A stretch of 29,875 nucleotides of DNA from a virus (taxonomy: Duplodnaviria > Caudoviricetes): positions 1 to 29,875 of the IMG/VR virus record IMGVR_UViG_3300027906_000094; one strand, written 5' to 3'. Under the pieces are notes generated by a model. That model was not told the origin of the DNA. It worked only from the letters and a program-made list of their open reading frames with translations, and made no database searches. Within the stretch, counting starts at the first letter, position 1; every line of letters begins with the position of its first letter. The position numbers and the translations under genes were made by a program. Below, piece by piece: positions 1 to 12,000 of this stretch.

Positions 1-2
1 AG

Positions 3-3000
3 AATCCTGGTTATCAGGTATCTGGTGGAGATGTTCATTGCTTAAGTGATATTGTTGACTTTGTTGAAGCATTAGCATATAACACTGCTCTTGGTGGTAA
101 TGATCATATCTACGAATCGACTTATAGAACTTTACAGTACGGTACTGTAACTGGTGACATCGACACTATGGTTGATGCTTATACCAAAGTGAAGACTATG
201 GCACTTGACGTTATGAAGAACGTTGTAGTTGCTAAACAAGATACTTCACACGGTTGGACACAGTTTACTGATAGTGGAATCACTGCTGATACTGGATCAC
301 CTGTATGTAATGCAGTTGGTTCAACAATAACCACCCTGATGGATTTAGTGATTAATGCCCTAGGTACTACTGCTTCTCCTGGAACTCATACAGCATTTGC
401 TGCTGGAACTAGTAAGACAATTCCAACTGGTGCTGTACTGGCTAATCCATCTACAACTGCTTGTGTAAGCATAACATCTACTCTTACAAACTTCTTTGCT
501 ATTATTACTGATTCTATTCAGGATCCTACTGGAGCAACACCTGCTACCTATCAGTGGTCTATTAGTAATCTAACAAGAGTTGAACCTGCATATTCATTTA
601 ATGACGCTGAGACACTTAAGTCTGTCAAGATGGCTTATAAAGATAAGTCTTCTGGTGGATTCTTCGTCTTCGGTGAAACTGTTAAAGGTATAACATCTGG
701 TTCAACTGCTGAGATTATTGGTTCTAATGCTGGTAACAAGTGGATCTATACTAAGGATCCTAGTGCACCATTCCAAGCTGGAGAATACATTACTAATAGT
801 CTCTTAACTAATACTGGTGTCACAGTTGATAATTTAGATTATGCTGTTGGTACTGGGTCATTAGAATTTAATGGTAGTGCATACCTTACACATCCTGCAA
901 CTGAGAAACTTGCATTTGGTAATGGTGGAATCCCTGATGGTAACTTCACTATAGAATTGTGGGTTAAGGTAACTGCTGTTAATACTAACCAGATGATTCT
1001 TGACTTCCGTACTTCAACTTCGGATACAGGTTCAGCATATTTGATGATTGTTAACAACAGTGTTCGTTGGAACGTTGGTAATGTTGATAGGATAACTTCT
1101 ACTGGACTAATAGCAAATACTTGGACACATATCGCTGTTGTACGTAATAGTGGTGTTACTAGTCTATTCGTTGGTGGTACTAAGGTAACTACAACATATA
1201 CTGATAATACTAACTACGGTAATTTACCAATCAAGATTGGTGCTAACGCTTCTAATGCTCAGGGATTGACAGGTAATATGGAGAACCTAATGATTAAATT
1301 AGGTATCACAGCAATAGATTATACTGGTGACTTTACTCCTAGTTCAACTTATGATGATACAGATATCAATCTTAAGTTTGGATTTGATGGTGAAGCACCT
1401 ATTCCTGTTATTAAAGGTGAGATATATGCTAAGTATGAGCAATCAATTGTTTCTACCTGTACTGCTGATGGTGTAGAACTATGGCGTGATGAGATTATGA
1501 CTGAGGGGGTTGATCTTGCTCGTGATGAGTATAGAGAATGTGCAGATATGATTGATAAGAACAAGTACTGGATTGCTGAGGAAGCAGTTGGTAGGATGAA
1601 GGCTCAGTATCCTGACTTTGTGATACCTGGTGATACTGGTACATCTTCAGAAGGTACTAGACTTTGCTTGAGAGATACTTACGAGTATATCATTCCTGCT
1701 ATTGTTGCTGACCTTAGATATGGTGGTAACTATAATACCATCGTTGCAGGTAGAGGATATCTTGCTAACCAGGCTGGTCAATTAGCACACGTTAATGGAG
1801 AACTACTTCAGTCGATCTATGCTTGGAGAGAAGTTGGTAAACTCTGTAATGATGTTATTACTGCTAATGCTGATGACCTAACTGGTGAGCATACAACACG
1901 TATTCGTATTCCTAATTACTTCTCATCTCCTGCGGCTGCTGGTATACAGACCTTTATCACTGATATAGTAGATAATTTACTATTAGTCCTTGGTCCTACA
2001 GGTAATAGATTTAGAGACGGTGCTGATTTACTATACTTCAACCGTAAGTGTATCGCTGATGAAGTAGCTTTCTGGTTAGAAGAACAGTATAACGTAACTA
2101 TTAACTTCGTTCAAGAAGATAAGTTTGACATTCCTGGTGGTACTCCAGGTCGTGAGAAGTGTGTTCGTGACCTTAGAGATCACATCATACCTGCTATTGC
2201 TGGTGACCTATTAACTGGTGGTAACTCTAATGTACAAGGCATAATCGATCGATACTTAGATCCTCAGAAGAAGATCATTGAAGTTGAGAAAGAATTGCTA
2301 CCAATGCTTGATGCAATTGGTTATTCTAAGATGTTGATGGAGAAAGCATTGCAAAATGCTCTTGTCTCACGTTCTGAGAACCTTGCTAATATTGCAGGAA
2401 TGAATGCTCAGACTATTGATGACTTATTCCAGTTCCAGTATACAGATATTGCTGCATATCGTAAGGATCAAGCAACTGAACCAACATTCACACACGACAA
2501 TCAGATCTATGCAGGTTCTCAGCGTCAATTAGATGCTGCTGATATGCTTGAAACTAACAAGCGTGCTATTGCTGGTGAAGCAGTTGCTCTTATGCTTAAG
2601 TGTTCTGCATTCAAGCACAAAAACTTCAGTGTTAAAGGTGGTAAGAACCATTGTGAAGATGATATCGTTGATGTAATTCAAGGTGTTATTCACGACCTTA
2701 GATTTAGTTCTAACTCTGCTGTATATGATGCTTCTATGTTATATCTCAATACTGAGAATGGATTGAAGCACGTTACTGACGAGACAGAAGAAACTCTCTT
2801 TGCTATGAAGATGGCTAGAGATATGTCAGCACTCGCCATCCAGAACAAGTTAGGGTTTAATCCCTTCCCTGATGAAGCATCTAATCCTCCACGGAACAAT
2901 TATGATTTTAATGCCGCAGGAGATGGAGCAGCTGGTAACAAGTTCTATGATGCTGGTAATGAAATAGAGAAAAATATAAGATTCATTGCTTCTACTGCTG

Positions 3001-6000
3001 TTGGTCGTGCTGTTGCTCAGTATCCAACATTAGGTTTCGGTGGATATGGTTATCAGAGTTGTGTTGATGACGTTGTTGACATCTTAGAAGCAACTGTATT
3101 CAACCTTAAGCACGGTGGTAACAACAAACTATGGTATGCAACTGAGTTCTATATTACTGATGCTAATGCTATTCAGCATATTAATTCTCAGTCTACTGAA
3201 GTTAAGTACGTCTTTGAACAGGCACGTGACATTGCTATTCAGGTAATGAGACAGCAATTGGTAACCACTAACGGTTATACAGAAGGTGATCCAGTATATG
3301 ATCAGACAATTACTATCGATCAACAGACTGCTTCTGGTCAACATACTCCAACAGCAGCAACTTATGATCCTGCAACTGGTCTTTTAGTCTTAACCTTAGC
3401 TGCATCACACGGTGTAACTACCAACGATACACTTAGAATTAACACAAATTCACTTGTTTTCACTTGTGATCAAGACGATCATCAAACTCAACACTCTTAT
3501 CCAAGAACATCCGACCCTGCTGCCATCTCATTACTACCAGTTACTAATGTAAGTGGTAATGATGTCACAGTTAATGTTGGTATAACTCAGAGAGTTAACT
3601 TTGATGCTAAGGATTCTACCTATGATCCAGAGACAGGTTTATTAACTCTTGATATTGGATCACATAGTCTAAGGACTGGTCAAACACTTAAGATTCTTGA
3701 GGGTGAGTTAAATTATCGTTGTGCTCAGGATAATTATAGATCTATTCATAAGTATCCTCGTTCTACTGATCCAGTAGTCGATAAAGCAATTGATATTGAA
3801 GCTATCGGAACTACATTCCATACTGCTACTTGGGCTAACTTTAACCCTGTTACTGGATTCCTGAATGTTACAGTTCCTAGTCACGGATTCAAAAATGGTG
3901 ACAAGATTAGACTTGTTAATGACTCTATGACATTCAGTTGTGATATGGATGAGCATTATAGCAAGAAGACATATCCAAGACTTTCTGATCCTGCTAGTGG
4001 ACGTTTCCTACCCATTTCAAGTGTAACTAAGAACACCTTTGAGATGAATATTGGTAAGACACCACTTAAGACATTTACTCCATCTCAAGCAAACTATGAC
4101 CCAACTACAGGTGGTTTAGAACTTGTACTTGGTGTGCACGGTTTAACAACTGGTACTCATATTAAGTTAGCACCTAACTCCTTAACATTTACTTGTAAGG
4201 AAGACGATGATGCTACCAACCACACATATCCAAGAATTACAACTGTTAATGCAACTCCAACTGATGCTTCATATAATCCTGTAAATGGTCACTTAACTGT
4301 TACTGTTGCTAACCACGGATTCAAGGTTGGTGAGATGGTTCAAGTTGAGAAGGATGGATTAGTAATGACTTGTTCTATGGATGGACACGCTTCTGAGCAC
4401 TCTTATCCTAGACAAGATGATCCTGCTAACAACTCTTGGATGAAGATTGAAGCAGTTTCTACAAATACATTCACCTTTAATGTAGGTATATCTCCTGCTG
4501 TAAGTTTCACACCAAAAGATGTGGTTTACACCCCTTCTACTGGTGATATGGTTCTAACCATTGGTGATCACAGCCTTACTGCTGGAACTGCACTTAAGAT
4601 TGCTGAAGGTGGCATAACCTTCACTTGTGCACAAGATAGTCATCAAACTCTTCACCCATATCCAAGAAATACAACCTATACAGTATCTAACATTAATAAC
4701 GGTGCTTATGATCCTGCTACAGGAATAATCACTATTACAACTGCTGCTAACCACGGTCTCCAGGATGGAGATAAGATTAAGTTTGCTGATGGTGCTATTA
4801 CATTTACTTGTTCTATGGACGGTAATGGTTCTAACCACCCATATCCACGTTCAACTGACCCTGTATCTGGTAAGTGGTTGGAGATTGATGTAACTGGTAA
4901 CACAACATTTACTTGTAATGTAGGTAAGACACCTTCTGTTGGTTATGATCCTTCACTTGTAACTTACGATCCTGCAACAGGATTGATGGTTATGACCATT
5001 GGTACTCACGACTTAACCGCTGGTACATCTGTAAGAATAGCTCAAAATTCACTGAAATTCAAGTGTGGATTTGACAACTACGCTACAGATCATACATATC
5101 CTCGTGCTTCAGGTCAAGGTGGTGCTACTCAAGATGACCCATTCTATGATACTGCTTGTAACATCACTGCTGTTACTGATACTACAATTACAGTTCAGGT
5201 TCTAAGCACTGTTCCTTCAACTAACACAACTCCACATACTTGGGTTGCTCCTACTAAGTTAACCCCAACATCAGCAGCATATAACCCATCAACAGGTGTT
5301 ATGACTCTTAGTGTTACTAACCACGGTGTTGTTAATGGTGAATATATCAAGATTGATGATGGTGCAGTAACCTTTACTTGTGGTCAAGACAGTGATCAAA
5401 CCAATCACGCTTATCCTCGTGCTTCTGACCCTGTATCTAATAAGTTTGTACCTATTACATACATCGATGCTAATACCTTTAGTATTCAAGTTCTAGAGAA
5501 TGTACCTTCAACCAATACTACAACTCACAACTTTGTAAGTGCTGTTGCTAATAGTATTTCAAGAGCAGTCTTTAGAGCTGGTGGTATTTACACACACGCT
5601 TATGTTTCCTCTACTGCTGGTTCTCTAACTGCTAAGAAAGACCAAGCATTTGATTCTTCAGTCGAAATCAAGTACGAAGGTACTCCTTTGACTGCTGCAT
5701 CTGGTACTACTTACAGTGGAGCTACTGGTATTATTAATATCACAACATCTGCTGCTCACGGATTAGTTGTTGGTGATTATGTCAAGTTAAGAGATGGTGC
5801 AGTAACATTTAATTGTGCTGAAGATGGTGGTGCTACTAACCACGCATATCCAAGAGCAACTGACCCAATTAGTGATAAGTGGATTCAAGTTCAGTCTGTT
5901 GGTAGTTCAACTACATTTACTGTTCAAGTATTGGATACTATTCCATCTACTAATACAACTAACCACACATTCGTTAGTGGATTGAGTAATGGAATTATTA

Positions 6001-9000
6001 AGAAGGATGATACAATCACTGTTAATGTTGGTATTTCTTCTAACACAACTGCTCATATCTTCAAGAGTGCAGAACCTGCTTGTATAACAACTGGTGGTAA
6101 CTACACTCACCTATTCAAGTCTGCTGCTGTTAACTGCATTACTAAGTCTTCTGATCCTGTATATGGTAATCCTTTGACTATTACTGGTACAACTGCAACT
6201 TCTATAACAGTTAACGTTCTTCCAGTACTTCCATCTACCAACGTAACACAGCATACATTTGTATCTGCTACTAACAATTGTGTAACAACAGGTGGTAATT
6301 ACAGTCATAAGTTCATCTCTGCTGTTGATGATGGTGTTGAATTAGAGTCTGGTTCTGTTACTGTCAATGTTGGTAAATCTCCTGCTATATTCTATAGCGT
6401 TGGTGATGCCATTTATGATGGTGAGACTGGTGATATGCAACTGAAAGTTGGTGCTCATAACTTAATGGAAGGAACAACCATTAAGATTCACGATGAGTCA
6501 TTGAAGTTCACTTGTGATATGGACAGTCACGCTTCAGAGCACGTGTATCCACGTATGACTGATCCTGCTAGAAACACTGCTTTACAGATGAAGGAAGCAG
6601 GTTCTACATCTCATACTATTACTGGTGCATCTTATACTCCTACAAGTGGTATTTTATCTTGTACTATTGCTAACCACGGATTCAGAGCTGCACGTACAGC
6701 ATCTCCAACTTTCGCCAAGTTTGATCCAACAACAGGTGATATGGAGATCTATAGTGCAAATCATAATATTGTAGTTGGTGATAGCATTAAACTTGCTGAA
6801 GGTGCTATTACATTCAGATGTGCAAGAGATCAATACAGTTCTAATCACTCATATCCAAGAAAAACTGACCCTGCTTATGATCAATGGTTGATTGTTAGCA
6901 AGGCAAATAGAAATAGATTTACTGTTAATGTTGGAACTGGTGAAACTAATGGTGCTGTATCTGATACATCAGAGCATAGATTCCAGGCATCTAATCCAAA
7001 TACAATTACTGTTGCACCTGATCTAGTTAAGTTTGATCTTAATTCAATTACATTCAATTGTACAAAGGATAGCAACGCTACTAACCACACATATCCAAGA
7101 GCAGATGATCCAGAAGCAGGACATTGGATAGAGGTTCTTTCTACTCCTGATGCTAATACATTCACTTGTAATGTTGGTATTTCTGCTGGTGGTAACTTCG
7201 CTCACACTTATGTTGGTGCTACTACTGGTGGATTGAAGAAACAGACTGGATGGGTTACCGTTAACGTTGGTGCTACTCCTACAACTGGACATACAGTTTC
7301 TAGTGCTACATTCAACCCAATTACAGGTTCAATGGTACTTGGAATAGGTAACCATTACTTTAACAGACACGATAATATTAGAATCGCTCCTAATTCACTA
7401 TCATTTACTTGTGGATTAGATAGCAACAACTCAGTTCATACGTATCCAAGAGGTGCGATGATTGAGTCAACTCCTACTGGTGCTGCTTATGATCCTCTAA
7501 CTGGATTGATGACATTGACTCAGAACAATCACGGATTCTCTAATGGAGACTTCGTTAAGTTCAAGGAGAATGCATTTACGTTCACTTGTTCAATGGATAA
7601 CAATGGTTCTAGCCACACATATCCTAGAACAACTGATCCTACTTTCGATCGGTGGATTCCTGTTGAGAATGTTCAAGCTAATACATTCCAAGTCAATGTT
7701 GGAACAACACCATCTGTAGGATTTGAACCATACTCTGTAAGTTACAATCCAACTTCAGGTGTTATGGAGATGGAGATTGGTCATCACGAATTTACTGTTG
7801 GACAGAGTATTCGTATTGCTGCTAACTCATTAACATTCACTTGTGCTCAGGATAGTAACCAGACTAATCATACTTACCCACGTTTAGGAGATCCAACCTA
7901 TCAGAATGCTGTACCTATTACTGCTGTAACTGATACTAAAATTTCTGTACAAGTTCTTGCTTCACAACCTTCTACAAATACTACAGTTCACCAGTTTATT
8001 CAACAGGTAGGTAAGACACCTACTGCGATTAACTACAATCCTGTCTCAGGTGTAATGACAGTGACTATAACTGGTCACGGTTATAACGATGGTGATATGG
8101 TTAAGTTTGCTGAAGAGTCACTCACATTTACTTGTGATAAGGATAGTCACGCTACTAACCACACATATCCACGTAAGACAGACCCATTCTGGGATAAGTG
8201 GATGCCAATTAGTACCGTAACTGCTGACACATTCAACGTTAAGATACTTGATGTTACACCTTCTACTAACATCTCTGCTCACACATTTATAAGTGCTGCT
8301 GCTAACTGTGTTACTAGATCTGCTATAAGAGGTGGTGGTATTTACACACACGCAAATACTGGTATTGCTTCTAATGGAATGATCCATAAGAGGGATCCAT
8401 TCTATCAGCGTGGTCTTAACATTGATACTATTGGTTACACATCTCATACAGTAACTAATGCTCTATACAACCCCAACACTGGTGTGATGAGACTCACCAT
8501 ACCGAATCACGGGTTTACTACCTCTGTTACTAAGACTGCAACTGCTGCTGTTTACGATGTAACAAGCAGTATGTTGAAGATAACAAGTGGTGGTCACGGA
8601 TTTGTTGAAGGTGACAGAGTTAGAATTGCTGATAATTCATTAACATTTACTTGTGCTCAAGATGGTAACTCATCTAACCATAGTTATCCTAGACCATCTG
8701 ACCCTGCATCACAGCGTTTCCTAGTTGTTACTAATGCAAGTAGCAATACATTTGAAGTTAACGTTGGTAATTTCTTCGGTAGAGGTCCAATTTCTAACCA
8801 GACTGCTCATACATTCGTATCTGCTACTGCTGATGGACTTGAACTTTCAAGAGATAAGATCAAGATGGCTGAAAATTCCATCACATTCACTTGTGCTAAG
8901 GATGATAATACAACAAATCATTCATATCCTAGAGCGAATGATCCTTCATATGATGAGTATCTACCAATTTCTGACGTAACTACAGATGAATTTGATGTTT

Positions 9001-12000
9001 ATGTAGGACACGCTAACCTTGATAAGACTGTTCATCAGTTCGTATCTGCTACAACTAGTGGAGTTACACGTCCAGATGGAACAATTACAGTCAACGTTGG
9101 TATTTCTTCTAACACTACAACTCATAACTTCGTAAGTAGTACTACAACTTGGACACCAACTGGTGCTGCATACAACCCAACAACGGGTGTTATGACTCTT
9201 ACTATTAATGGTCATAACTTCCATAACGGTGAGTACATCAAGATTGCTGATAGTGCATTGGTATTCCGTTGTGATCAAGATGGTCAAGCATCAGATCACG
9301 CATATCCACGTGCTACTGACCCTGCATCTGGAAGAATGCTTAAGATTTCTAATGTAACTACTAATACATTTGATGTTAAGATCCTAGATGTAACACCTTC
9401 TACCAACACTACAACACACGTATTCCAGTCTGCTGTTGCCAATTCAATCAGCAAACCTCAAATCATCGGTGGTGGAACCTACGATCATAAGTATGTAAGT
9501 TCTACTGGAATGGCAGTACGTAGTGGTGGTCTTTATGCTCATAAATTTGAAGGTCCTACTAGGACAACTGTAACTAACGCTTCTTATAACGGAACAACGG
9601 GTGTAATGCAGTTGACAGTACCTAATCACGGTTGGTCAAATGGTGATGGTATTATCCTTGATAGAGAGTCTTTAGTCTTCACTTGTGCACAAGATAGTAA
9701 TCAAACTGAGCACCCATACCCAAGAGCAACTGACCCATTTGCTGATAGGGTTATGACTATTAGTAATGTTCAAGCTAATACATTCGATGTACAGGTATTA
9801 AACTCTGCTCCATCAACTAACACTACAGCACACGTATTTGTAAGTGCTACTGCTAAAGGAATAAGAAGAGCAGCAGTACACACTGGTGGTGCTTATGCTC
9901 ACACATTTATATCTGCTGGATCTAACTCTATAACCACTTACACAGGTAGTGGTGCTGCACGTTGTTCTAACCAAGCATCTTCTATCACTACATTGATGGG
10001 TATTCCTATCAATCTATTTGGTTCTGGTGCAGGTAACCCTGATGCATACATTGCTGGTATTGCAAGAACTCTACCAGGCGAATGGCCATTAACGGGTGAA
10101 CGTGCTGCAATTCGTGATACAACAATAACTTATGATATGGCTGGTAGTGGTCAGTGTAATGCAACAGCATCTTCTGTTACTCAATTATTTGATTATCCAA
10201 TTAACGTTATTAAGACTGCGGCCGCAGGAAGTGGTAATTACTTTACCAACCAATCTGTCACTAGGAACGCTCCAGCAACAAATAATGCATTGCAGTCTGG
10301 TGGTGGTATTTGTTACAACGTGACATCTGCTGCTCGTGTTCTAGGTGAATTGATTGAGTCTACATTAGGTCGTGCTCCTGAGATGTATCGTCAGGCAGCG
10401 AGACTTCTAATGTTTAATGATCAGTATGTTGATCGTGAAGCATACTTCAAGACAAAACAGAATTATACAGGATACACAGGTGATGAGTCCTTCGGTGCAG
10501 ATATCCGTAAGGCATTCATATATGATTTAATTACTGATGGTAACATCAAGACTCTTGAATTAGTTAATAGCTGGTTTGATTCCGAGGGTAACTTCGTAGC
10601 GTTCCAGAATATATTCAGAACATATATCATCTTCCACGCTGAAGCTGCTAAAGAGTTTATTGTTAATACAATCGAACAGGATTGTGTTAATCCTGGTGCT
10701 TATAACCAAGAGGTGCCATATGAGAATATAGAATATCGTCCTACAGCAACTGCTGTACATAAGATTAATCAACTATATCATTTAATTGATATTGCATTAA
10801 ATCGTTCTACTCTACCCACATTATACCTTAAGCATAGTATAGACGTTGGTACAGATGTTAATACTGATGGTTCTATTGATGCACCATTAGGACATATATT
10901 CGAACCATATGATCGTATTACTTACACAGTTCTAGGTGCTGCTATTAATGAATTAGATAGGACAATTTACTATATCCACCCTGATACTACTGAAAATCTA
11001 ATATGGATTTCAGAGTATATTGATGGAGACAAGATTGAATCACTAACTCCAGGTACTCAAGGGCAAGTTCATAGTTTCTCTGTAAATGATGAGACAGGTA
11101 TTGTACGTACAACATCAACATTTGGTGAGCGTAATGTACCAACACCTATTGCTGGTGGTATACAACCTGCTGATATATTCTTTGGTGCTACCTCTGGAGC
11201 ATATGCTGAAGTAATCAGAGTTCAGGATAACCACGCTGAAGTTCTTTATAATACAACATACTTACCAATAACTGTTACTAGTGATCCAGAGGTCTTTGTA
11301 CAAGGTGAGGAAGTTGTTAAGACTGGTGCTACCGCTAACAAGGGAACCATTCTCGCAACAGATAATGCAACTTATATGAAGGTTATTATCACAGGTGGTA
11401 CTTTATCTCCTGCTGATCTTATCGAAGGCACTACATCTGGTGCTACTGCAACTGTTGGTGCTTCTACGCACAAACTAATGTTGGTTAACTTTAGAATGGG
11501 TGAGTTCATTGCTACTGATATCTTGTTCTCCAAGGAAGATTCTGGTAGAGCAAATGCACTTATCGTACGAAATAATGATGGTGCTCTACTTGATAACCAG
11601 TCAGGTCGTGTAACATTTGATATTGAGACTGTTACTGGTAACTTCAATGCTAATGACGTTATCTACGGTTCTGTCACAGATCAGATTATTGAGGTTGAAG
11701 CATTCAACGTCCTACCTGGATTTGGTGAATACTTACACTCAACAGAGATCACTAGGTTCCAATATGCAGATATTATTACTGACTTTGGTGTAGATGATAC
11801 ATTCAAGGTTGGTGATGTTATACAACTTCAGAACGCAGGTCAGAGTGTTGGACACACATTCGTTGTTACTGAGCACGATACTACTAACAAGTATGTTTAC
11901 CTCGCAAATGAGGTCGGTAGATTTAGTGCTATTGGTGATGATCTAACTGTAATCGGTGGTGATGTTGCTTATCAACTTGCTAAGATCCCTCCTGGATCTA

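Noticed and set aside
3339-9932. Recurrent DNA strings such as ttcacttgt, tatccaaga and cacacatt as a CRISPR array or DNA repeat
   Set aside because: They are degenerate at third codon positions, stay in frame and are irregularly spaced, so they reflect protein motif conservation.
3339-9932. Inserted segments as inteins or introns
   Set aside because: There are no intein splice-junction motifs or homing endonuclease, the frame is continuous, and the inserts are paralogues of the host domain.
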